A stretch of DNA of 62,731 nucleotides, filler included, from Basidiobolus meristosporus CBS 931.73 (taxonomy: Eukaryota; Fungi; Basidiobolomycota): NCBI GenBank assembly GCA_002104905.1. It is 3 parts of 3 records of this genome, joined end to end, with 100 filler letters (N's around TTAATTAATTAA, not from the genome) between each part and the next. Parts side by side here need not be neighbours in the genome. Positions count along the whole stretch, not along the records: positions 1 to 27,836 come from MCFE01000896.1; positions 27,937 to 49,385 come from MCFE01000990.1; 1 more part is not named here. The stretch is one strand, 5' to 3'. Positions within the stretch are counted from its first letter, which is position 1; each line of letters starts with the position of its first letter. Position numbers and translations under genes: made by a program. The notes beneath the pieces were generated by a model. That model was not told the origin of the DNA. It worked only from the letters and a program-made list of their open reading frames with translations, and did not search any database. Below are positions 25,582-36,728 of this stretch, piece by piece.

Positions 25582-27836
25582 TGTTGTAAAAATTCGTATT
25601 TTCCACCTAAATATTCACCTAACTTAGTCACTTAGATCATCACCTTCAAATCCTAGAGAATACTGACCAAATTCCTTGTCGGGATTTACTTAGAATATTT
25701 TCACCAAAATACCAGGTACCCAGAACATGAAAATTCTCAAAGTTGTCCAAACAGCCCCAAACTTTGCACACATGTTCTTGGGACCTTCCTTAACCTATTC
25801 TACGTGTTTGTAATGCCAAGACCATGTAAAAGTATAAATACTACTTTTACATTCAATAAATCATTAAGTGAAAACCACATAATCTACTTGTTCTCCCAAT
25901 CACTTCCAATATCTCCAAGACTCTTACAACAGGTTATGAGCCCCGAGCTGTCACTCTCTGCAATGTCTACTACTGCTATTACTGGAATTTTTCCCTCTGC
26001 TGAAAAGTTGGATGGATCTAACTACCAAGTGTGGAAGGTGAAGATGAAGATGCTGCTGCAAGAAAGAGGCCTTTGGGATATTGTCATGGGAGAAGAATGC
26101 CCTCCTAAAAACGTGGGAGAGGAAGCCTTAAAGTACCAGAAGAAAGAACAAAGTGCCTTTAACTGCATTTGCCTTAATGTCAAGGACAAATTGCTAATTC
26201 AATGCTCAAGAGCAAAAACGGCAAAGAATGCCTGGAAAGCATTAGAAGACACCTACCAGTCATGTTCAGCTGCCAAGAAAATGTATCTGAGAAGAAAATT
26301 CTTTACTACAAAGATGCTGCCAGGAGAAGACATGAAAAATCTAATTAACAGAATTACCCTGCTGGTAGATGAGATGGAATCTGTGGGCGTACCAACTACT
26401 GATGAGGATGTGATAGTTACCATCCTGAATAGCCTGACAGACAAGTTTCAGGGCCTTGTATCAGCCCTAGAGTCCAGAACTGAAGATTTGACCTTAAATT
26501 ACGTATATGGAAGGCTCCTGGATGAAGAATTAAGAAAATCAAGCGCCAATAAGAAGGAAGAAGAAAATGCTTTAATAAGCAATGATAACCAACAAAGGAG
26601 GTACCCAAGACCCTACAAAGGCAACAGCAACCTATTTTGCAACTACTGCAAAAGGAAAGGACACACATCAGACCGGTGTTTCAAAAAGAGAGATTATCAG
26701 CAAAAGAAGCCTGAATATGGAAATGCTGTAACAACTGAAGATAGACTATTCATATCTGCACTAAATATGACCACAAACAAGGATTCTCAGACGTGGTATA
26801 TTGACTCTGGAGCTTCTCAACACTTTACACACCAAAAAGAACTTTTTACCCAATATCAAGAAATTCCAATTAAGAAGGTTTTCATGGGTGACGATAGAAC
26901 ACTTGATGCAGTGGGAGAAGGAACTATCCAAGTAAACCTTAGAAGCAGTGAAGGAAGCCATACACTGACCTTTAAAGAAGTACTCTATGTACCAGAAATA
27001 GCCAAGAACCTACTCTCTGTAAGCAAGGCCACAGCAGAAGGACTCAGTTTCAGTTTTGACAATTCTGGATGCAGGATCACTGATCAAAATGGTGCCCATA
27101 TTGCTTCGGGCATCAGAGATCAGAACCTATACAAGTTGACTTATATTCCATCATATCTGGAAGCCAATATAAGTAACTTAAATGAAGAAACACCAATGCT
27201 TTGGCACAGGAGATTTGGACACATCAATTTTGATTATTTGCGTAAAATGATCAAAGATCAGCTAATTTCTGGAGTGAAAATTGATCCCCCAGCTATTTTG
27301 GAGCACTGTGAAGCCTGCATATATGGGAAACAAGCCAGACAACCGTTCAAGAGCTCTGGGTTAATCAAAACTAAGAAAAAATTAGATCTAATTCACTCAG
27401 ATCTGTGTGGACCTATGCAAAATTTATCCTTAGGCGGGATGAAGTATTTAATCACTTTTATTGATGATTATACAAGATACACATGGGTCTACTTCATGGA
27501 GAGAAAGGAAGAAGCTCTGTCTAAGTTCAGGGAGTTTAAAGCCATGGTGGAGAGAGAAACTGGTGAAAAAATCAAGAAAATACGCTCTGACAATGGTGGA
27601 GAATATACCTCAAAACTCTTCATCCACTTCTGCAAAATTCATGGGATAAAGCAAGAGACTACTGTACCATACTCCCCACAGCAAAATGGAGTAGCAGAAC
27701 GAGCTAACAGATCAATAATTGATATGGCAAGATCTATGATCCATGATCAAAAATTATCCTATGATTTTTGGGCGGAATCAGTTGCCACTGCTGTATATCT
27801 TAAAAATAGGAGTTATAACAGAATACTTCGTGATTC
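25582..27836 (+). mobile_element. Ty1/copia copia-2, 5-prime half up to the gap; best-preserved copy
   Basis: LTR 25582-25931; PBS GGTTATGAGCCC 25932-25943; uninterrupted Gag-zinc knuckle-protease-integrase frame to the gap (CNYCKRKGHTSDRC, IDSGAS, LWHRRFGH, HSDLCGP, SDNGGEY). Confidence 0.93.
25936..27836 (+). CDS. copia Gag-Pol polyprotein, partial (runs into the gap)
   Basis: No stops from the ATG inside the PBS to the N run; domains as listed for copia-2. Confidence 0.85.
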
Positions 27837-27936
27837 NNNNNNNNNNNNNNNNNNNNNNNNNNNNNNNNNNNNNNNNNNNNTTAATTAATTAANNNNNNNN
27901 NNNNNNNNNNNNNNNNNNNNNNNNNNNNNNNNNNNN
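27837..27936. other. Assembly gap with artificial linker
   Basis: 100 nt of N with TTAATTAATTAA (stop codons in all six frames) at 27881-27892. Confidence 0.95.
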
Positions 27937-28093
27937 AAAGTTGAGGTGATAGAAGTATGTTGATTGCGGTAGGTGTGCACATTTTTAGAGGTTATCAAGC
28001 AAGAGGCCATAGTTTTTTAGATTTGAACTGTATGTGGAATACCCAAGGTAGTAGTGGTTAAGCAAATAAAGAGGGGTGATTCTACAGTGGAAT
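27937..28093 (+). mobile_element. Short CACTA fragment (transposase 3-prime region)
   Basis: Aligns with 2950-3105 and with the reverse complement of 31035-31190. Confidence 0.7.
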
Positions 28094-28826
28094 AGACTTG
28101 TTCCATTGGATAGTGCCACATTGAGCCATGAGTGCCAAATGATGCCATAGTGTGCCATGGAGGCCAAGTGAACCTATACTTGACCACAGAGTGTGAAACA
28201 TAGCCCTGCATCTTTATGCAAAGCTTCCCCTGTCATTCACCCATTGTGTTGGAGAAAATCAATTTTTTGACCTTTTTTTTTAGGTCAATGTTGTGCAGGA
28301 TGTGTAAGAGCACAAAAGGTTTGAAGACATGCATTGGGTACCCAATACTCATAGCACTCTAAAGCTAACTCCTCTGGCTTGTCACATGTCAGAAAAATAC
28401 ATGGCACTATCTTGGTCCACTGGTACCATCTGGCACTATATTTAATTATTAGCCCTAAAGTAAGATCTATACAAAGCACTTATAGTGCCAGATAGTACCA
28501 GTGGACCAAGATAGTGCCATACATTTTTGTGACATGATACAAGCTGCAGGAGCTAGATTCAGAGTGCCATGGGTATTGAGTACCAGATACATGTCTTCAG
28601 TTCTTCTCTGCTCTTACACATCCTGCACAACATTGATCCATAAAAAAGATCAAAAAATTGATTTTCTCTGGCATGGTGGGTGAAACAAAGGGGCTACTTT
28701 GCATGAAGATGAAGAGCTATATCTTACACTCTGTGGCTAAGCATAGACTTATTTGGCTTGCCTGGCACACTATGGCATCATTTGGCACTTATGGCTCAAT
28801 GTGGCACTATCCAACAGAGCAAGTCT
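28094..28826. mobile_element. Palindromic MITE (733 bp) with non-matching flanks
   Basis: Same termini and internal structure as the other copies; left flank is CACTA sequence ending AAT, right flank is mid copia LTR starting AAA. Confidence 0.9.
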
Positions 28827-31800
28827 AAAGTATAATACTACTTTTATATTCAATAAATCATTAAGTGAAAACCTAACAATATACTTGTCCTTCCAATTCA
28901 CCTCCAATATCTCCAAGACTGATAAAACAGGTTATGAGCCCCAGGCTCTTACTCTCTGTAATGACTGCTACTGCTATAACTGGAATTTTTCCCTCTGCTG
29001 AAAAGTTGGATGGATCTAACTACCAAATGTGGAAGGTGAAGATGAAGATGCTGCTACAAGAGAGAGGCCTTTGGGATATTGTCATGGGAGAAGAAGGCCC
29101 TCCTAAGAACATGGGGGAGGAAGCCCTAAAGTACCGGAAAAAAGAACAAAGTGCCTTTTACTGTATTTGCCTTGATGTTAAAGACAAATTGCTAATTCAA
29201 TGCTGAAGAGTAAGAATAGCAAAGAATGCCTGGAATGCATTAGAAGTCACCTACCAGTCATGTTATGCTACTAAAAAAATGTATCTTAGACAAAAATTCT
29301 TTACTACAAAGATGCTGCCAGGAGTAGAAATGAAAAATTTAATTAACAGAATTACCCTGCTGGTGGATAAGATGGACTCTGTGGGTGTACCAACCACTGA
29401 TGAGGATGTGATAGTAACCATCCTGAATTTCCTCACAGATGAGTTTCAGGGCCTTGTATCCCCCCTAGAGTCCAGAACTGAAGGTTTGACCTTGAATTAT
29501 GTACATGGAAGGCTCCTGGATGAAGAATTAAGTAAATCAAGCGCCAATAAGAAGGAAGACAAAAGTGCTTCAATAAGCAATGATAACCAACAAAGGAGGT
29601 ACCTGAGACCTTTCAAAGGCAATAGCAACCTGTTTTGCAACTACTGCAAAAGGAAAGGACACACATCAGACCAGTGTCTCAAAAAGAGATATAATAAGCA
29701 TTAGAAGCCTGAATATGGAAATACTGCAACAACTCAAGATAGACTATTCATATCTGCACTAAACATGACCACAAACAAGGATTCTCAGATGTGGTATATT
29801 GACTCTTGAGCATCTCAACACTTTACATACCAAAAAGAACTTTTTACCCAATACCAAGAGATTCCAATTAAACAGGTTTTCATGGGTGACAATAGAACAC
29901 TTGGTGCAGTGGGAGAAGGAACTATCCAATTAAGCCTTAGAAGTAGTGAAGGAAGCTAGACACTGACCTTTGAAGAGGTACCCTCTGTATCAGAAATAGC
30001 CAAGAACCTACTATCTGTATGCAAGGCCACAGCAGATGGACTCAGTTTCAGCTTTGACAATTCTGTTTTCAGGATCACCAAACAAGATAGTTCCCATCTT
30101 GCTTTGGATATCAGAGATCAGAATCTATACAAGTTGACTTATATTCCATCATATCTAGAGACCAATATTGGTAACTTAAATGAAGAAACACCAATGCTTT
30201 GGCACAGGAGATTTGGGCACATCAATTTTGCTTATTTGCACAAAATGATCAAAGATCAGCTAATTTCTATACTAAAAATTGATCCCCTAGCTAACTTAGA
30301 GCACTGTGAAGCCTGCATAAGTGAGATATAAGCCAGACAACTGTTTAAAAGCTTGGGGCTAATCAAAACAAAGAATGAATTAGATCTAATTCACTCAGAT
30401 CTGTGTGGACCTATGCAAAATTTATCCTTAGGCAGGATCAGGTATTAAGTCACTTTTATTGATGATTATACAACACACATCTGGGACTACTTCATTGAGA
30501 GAAAGGAAGAAGCTCTATTTAAGTTCAGGGAGCTTAAAGCCATGGTGGAGTGAGAAACTGGTGAAAAATCAAGAAAATATGCTCTGACAATCCCTACAAA
30601 AAATAGCTTGGTCCAGCGGTGGATCCAGTCCAGATCAGCTGTCAAGATCCTGTTAAGAGACCAGGATAATAACAGCAGCTGGGAATTAGTGACCCTCCTG
30701 ACAATCTGATGATGGGATCATAACGGTGTTTCACTAATCTACAACTAAATAAAGAGTTAGACTTGACAATATTTTATCGGTGCTAGGACAATATTTGTAT
30801 GGTATTGTTGAGGTCTTTCAGCACTCTATTACAATTTACATGGATCCAGTTGGCCAGGACATCCAATTGCCTTATATGGCAAGAAACTTGATGGTATTTT
30901 GACAGCCTCACAGCAAGACATTAAGGGCATTATAATGACAGTATGCCAGCCTAGCGCTGGTTCCATATAATGCTACTGTACCAACTTACCAAATGGTATT
31001 TCCTTTTTATACCTCCCCTTGAGCAATTCATATATTCCACTGTAGAATCTCCCCTCTTTATTTGCTTACCCACTACTACTTTGTGTATTCCACATACAGC
31101 TCAAATCTGAAAAAACTATGGCCTCCTGCTTAATAACCTCTACAAACGTGCACACCTACCGCAATCAACATACTTCTATCACCTCAACTTTACAGCTTAT
31201 TAGAGTGATACTTGCAAATTTGCCATATACATTGTACTGCTGGTAACAAATACATCTTGCAAACAGATGCTTGGTTGTTGCCACTTCTGCCATGAATACC
31301 TCCTGAATATCTGCAAAGAACTTCTTGGTATTTAGCCAATATATTCCTTCTCCCTGCTGGATTCTAGTCCCCCTTATGGGTGTGCTCTGGCTTTTGTTTG
31401 TGTGAATTACATATCAAATGATATAGATGTTGGCTTGTGACCATGAGTAATCTGCCATATCTTGGTAGAGTTTTCTGATAAAAATTAGTTGCTTGTTGCA
31501 CCCAACCCAACTTTGTATTACTTAATTGATTACTCACACATTGGGGCTGCTTAGCTTCTTAATGCCATAGGCATAGGTGTCTCCATGTGCACATTTGTCC
31601 TCAGTATTTTCCAACTCTTTCTGGCTGTCCTCCATGTGCCAACTCATCACATCCATGAAAGACTTGAAGGTAATATTCTTGATGAGATTGGGATATGGTA
31701 GTGCCTGTAACTTGACTTGTCTTTCTATCTCCCCACACATCTGCTCCATAGGAAGCTCCCAAAAGGTGAAGCAAGGCCCAATATTTTCCACACACCATGC

Positions 31801-33267
31801 AAGATGGAGTAGAGAATGGATACAGTAGCGGCAGATATCTACGTGCTCAGCTTGATGTTTGTAGAATAGCCATTCAAATCCTGTCACAAACTCCTTGCAC
31901 AACAGCTGTAGATGCATCAAGTTGGCATTGGTGATCTGCTTCTGGATAAATATTCCTACAATGTCTACATATGACTCCCAATGCATCTAATGTACTCTTG
32001 GTAGGAATGGCTTTAGAACACCACTTGAATAAATACATATCCAGCTCATCTAGTCTTTGCATCTGTATTGTTGCATATGCGTATGAATATTAATTGGAGC
32101 TCATAAAAGTACTCAGGGTAGTGGATACTCTGTAATATCTTGCCAATTCTTTCAACTATCTCCGGTATCTCAAAGGGCTCATTTAGCTTGAAATGCCCCA
32201 TGTACAACTTGGTCATCAGTATAGGGACATTGTTGAAAAGCAAATGCATTGCTCCCAGTGGAAAGCTTTTGCTCTCACAGATGCGCTCTATCTTAAGTAT
32301 CACCAGTTTCCAATTGATTTATATTCCAGTCATTGGCTTATAGCATATCATCTAACAGCAATACCGTCCATTGTGCCTGGAAAAACCTGCTATCTTGCTG
32401 ATGGCTGGGGTATCTCCAATGCTGATAGTAATATGAGCTTTTACATGACAGCCATTTACCATTATCCTGCTGGAAAGCATACAAAATTCATCCAGCAATG
32501 GATACAGGTAGCTATCCAGGTTGGACAGTGATTTAGGCCCAGATACCAGTGAGACTACCATCAGATTATTGCTCTGATACTGTTAGATGGGCAACAGATT
32601 CAGATTGATGAGAATCAGTGGCCAGCAGGATTTGCTGGTAGGGTACTTGTTTAATGAGAATCCATCAAGTGCTAAGGCAAAGGCTTGGTCATACATGCCT
32701 TCAAAGTAGCCCTTGCTTCTTAGCTGTTTGTAATGTTTGCCATCAAACATATTGGATGTGTTAGCGCTTGATTGATACTAGACTTGTTCTATTGTACCAT
32801 GCCAGGGTGCATGGTGCAATCTGCAGTCTCTAAGAGCAATCAGGCGCAATATTGTAGCTACCAGTTTGCAGGATTGCTCTTGGACAATTTTGCACCATGT
32901 GGCACAATCTTGTACACTGTGGTATAATCTGACACAATGAGGTTGGCACAATTGATTGTGCCCACTTGTAATGTTTGCATCATGTGCACAATTGGATACC
33001 GCTATTATGGTAGGTAAAATGCGGTATTTGGATATGTTTCTTCAATGTAAAAGGAAATAAATGTGTATTACACTATAAACTACACTGATACTTACCATTC
33101 TGGATACCATCACTCCAATTGGATGGTATCTCAGTGGTTAATTGGTCCAAAGTATCCTGAAGGTGTCAGCCCCCAATTGGCTCTTTGACTAACACAGATG
33201 ATGTATACATATGCAGGGTGTTTTTTTATAGGGGTCCTGTCTCAAATGTGAGACAACATTGATATTG

Positions 33268-33635
33268 TGTTACAAGTCTTGGTATAAGAGTTGTAGAGGA
33301 ATATGGAGTTTAGCTAGTATTGTACTCACTAAAACTTGAACTGATTTTTATTGAGGTTCCAGCAGCTCCTTATATACATTTTGCCAGATCAATTGCAGAC
33401 TATTTGTATTTCCTAGTGTAGGTTGTGGCTGATGACTCATTTGATTGCATCATCATCACTCAATAAGATCCTACTTAATATATTTATTTCTGTCTGATAA
33501 GGATCTACTGATTCATTTGCTGACTAATGCCACTGATTTGATACATAATACTGATATACTGATAACCTAAACATATAATAATTGATTTGACTAAAAACTG
33601 ATCTAACTTAAACATTTAAGCGGCACATCACAGCA
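33268..33635. mobile_element. Solo LTR (368 bp) inside copy B
   Basis: TGTTACA...CAGCA; ATTG duplicated at 33264-33267 and 33636-33639; absent from copy A at the equivalent site (~23195); homolog at 280-861. Confidence 0.85.
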
Positions 33636-34601
33636 ATTGCTTATATCAAAAATTTAGTGATCACTGATTTGCAATGGCTTGATGCGGATTGCAAAAAAAA
33701 TGTGTTGTTTGGATCATTACAAACAATATCAATTCAATGCAATTGCATCATCTTCTCCTAGGCTTTTTCCTCACAGGGATTACTACTGAAGCATTTGGTA
33801 GTGATTCACTTTGCACACCTAAACAACTTTCTTGTTGACTATCCTCTTGGCTATTTGTGTATTTGTAGTCAGTATTTTGCCTCCTAGTTGGTGAGGGCAA
33901 TGCTGTAGCTTGGCCATGCTGAATTGCTCCGGATGATGCAACTGAGCCGGCCTGCAGTGCTACACACTGATGCGTTCTTTTACTTGCCAAAGGCTCTGGT
34001 GGTGGAGTCACTTCATGTGGGTCATCATCATTCAGCTTACCAGAAGAAACTTGCTGATAGTCAGGTATAATGGCACACACAGACGCAACTTGATGCACTG
34101 GCATGACCCTTGGCTGAGTTCAATGTGATGCTGCTTGTTGACGCAACTTGCCCCCGCTTCAATGGACTTGTGTCTTTTTGAGCAGTTTGGTGGGTTCTGG
34201 TGGTTTTGCTCTGAAGTGCGCACGTTGACCCAATACAAGTTGAGTCAATGCGGGGCACTCTTGTGAAGGGTGTTGGTGTAGTTTGGACTGATGTGCGCCG
34301 GCGCACTGAAGTTGCAAGGGATGATAAGGAATCCAGCAAGGCATGCTGGCACAATCTAGACAATGTAGCTCACAGTCTGTATACTTCCTCTTGAAGCTTA
34401 CCTTCTGATTCCTCAAGGTATTCACTTACCCTCTGTCTAATACTTTGGAACTGTTGCCTGGATGAGTCCTGTGCATATTGCTCTTAGAAGCCACTTAGCT
34501 CTACTAATATATCACATATACATTAGTCATTTGAGGCAAAAACTCATTCAAAATCTCTTTGGTTCCCAAAGATGAGGCACAAACGGATGCATCCGGCCCA
34601 T

Positions 34602-35672
34602 TGTAGTGGGGTGACAGTGACACCCACTGACAGATGTGCTCATTCCCATATTTTTGACTTCCCTATATCTCTACTTCACTAATTTTAGTATTATCCCATA
34701 TGTCTTACCTGATCAGTACTATCTCATAAGCCAGTTGACTCTCACACCTGCTCACCTTATTGCATAAGTTATCCCTCACTTTATGTAAGATTACTAGCTA
34801 TAAGTGCTTCTATATTAGGCAAATACCCGCGCCAGTACCCTTGACAAATGATCAACCCGTGTAACCATCCCTACCATTTCCATACCATATATGGTATCCC
34901 TATGTTACACAGGTTTCAGAGTACTGATTCCTGACTGGTTGGATGTGATGTGCCTCTTAGAACCTTCCAGCACCTACTTAGAACATTCTTAGGTCATTCT
35001 GATGTCATTAAGATTTCTATTGATATCTGGAACCTTCTGGAACATCATGATTAGTAATCACCTAGCCAGTAAGAAAAGTATATAAGGGAGGCAATCCTTC
35101 AACAACAAATCATCATCCCTTTTATCAATTTACCAACATGTTGATTAGTGTGATCACTGCTGCCTGCTGCTACCTGAACTTCCAACCCTAGACCACAGGA
35201 CACTCCCAGAAAACCATGCTGACAGCCAACTGACCTTGGAGGCACTACTTGTGAGGAATACTCAGAGTAGGTATCTTTTATTGTATTTGATTCTCTCCCA
35301 AGTTTGTTCTTGTGCAGGCAAAGATACTTTTCTGTCTTTGTAACTATTGACCACAGCTGCATTCTTATCAAGTCCCTGCAGGTGGAGTTTACAGTTGTTT
35401 TGACTTTGGAAGCTTTAGTACATTGTCATCTGAAAGGATGCTGGACCCAGTACATACTTTTGTTAAGACACCAACTAAGTTGGGGATTGTAGCTCAATAG
35501 TGTTCCCTTGACAAGCTTGTGGCTTTATTCCCCATCACATTAGATTAGAGACAGAACCCAAATATTCCTAGCAAGCTTTTGCCAGAGGTTATTGCACCCA
35601 GTGAACACCCCACACACAAAATGCTTGAGAAGTGTTGGACATATCTCTCCCTTGGACCTATACTCCACCACA
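34602..35672. mobile_element. Solo LTR (1071 bp) inside the copy B accessory ORF
   Basis: Reverse complement of 18977-20048; TG...CA; absent from copy A at ~24155; flanks CCAT and CTGT. Confidence 0.9.
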
Positions 35673-36081
35673 CTGTACTGAGCAAATTGCATGCAAAATT
35701 ATTACTGCGTGGCTTCCTCATCAAATCCTTTCACTCTCAGCTCATTCTTGATTTCAATACTTGTCTTGTTATATATCTTCTTACATACATGCGCTGACAT
35801 CTTGGTGTAGAAATCATGCCACAGCTTTCTACTCAGGTTCTTCCATCTCTGTCAACTCTCCAAGGTACCTAGTTCTGCTAGACTAATGAGTAGTGCCCAA
35901 ATATCTATATGAAGGCTAATCATAGACACCTGGGCCATACTGAAATCATTTGGCAAGAACTTGAATGGATCCAACATTGCCTTTTCTGGCTTGGACCGCG
36001 CTTGCAAGCTGGGGGATGGGTTTTGTCTGGGTTGAACTAAAGATGAGTTGAGACTTGGTATAGGGACCGTAGTGACAGATT

Positions 36082-36728
36082 TGGAGCACCTTGCAGAGGG
36101 TATGAATGACTTAGAGCAAGCTTGGAGTACTAGGTTTAGAAGCTCCAATGGACTTCCATATCCCAGAGTGTTCACCAACAGGTTCAATACAAGGAGTATT
36201 TTGGATACCTTCCCAGTCTGGATTAACAGACCTTCTAGAGGGCAGAGGCACTTTTATTCTGGCAAGTACAAGGCACACTGTGTGAAGTTTCAAGCACTGT
36301 CTGACATTGAGGGTAACATCATCTGGTTTAGTAGGCCACTTGCTGGAAGTAGGCATGACAAAGCACTCTGGGTAGAGAATCATCCTGAATTCAGTAGAGG
36401 GGAGAAATGTATGGCAGACTTAGCTTATATAGGAGAGGATCGTCAGAGACTAGGATGTATTACAGCTTATAGGAAGCCAAGGGATGGTGTGCTTAGCAGG
36501 AAGCAGAAGCTCTACAATGAGATATTTAATCATTTCAGAGTGAGGGTAGAGCACACGTTTGGATATCCAAAGAGATTCAGCATATTGGAAGGGAAATACA
36601 GAGGAAAGTCATATATACAAGAAAGCAGCAGAATAGGTAAAATAGTTAAGATACTTATCATTGCACAGTATATTTATACAAGAAGACATCCACTGAGAGA
36701 AATATGTCTGGAGCATTATGAAGAGTAA
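36082..36728 (+). pseudogene. DDE_Tnp_4 transposase of copy B, lacking the first ~80 codons
   Basis: ILDTFP, GSRHD, MADLAY and RVEHTFG motifs in one frame; the 5-prime end is fused to the accessory ORF start by a deletion. Confidence 0.85.

Noticed and set aside
25804-25935. Apparent N-terminal Gag extension starting inside the copia LTR (also 7318)
   Set aside because: Its start lies upstream of the TATA-like box, so it is probably not in the transcript; the frame is closed in the copia-4 LTR.
27881-27892. TTAATTAATTAA inside both N gaps (also 49430-49441)
   Set aside because: Identical 12-mer with stops in all six frames, centred in 100-nt gaps: an assembly linker, not biology.
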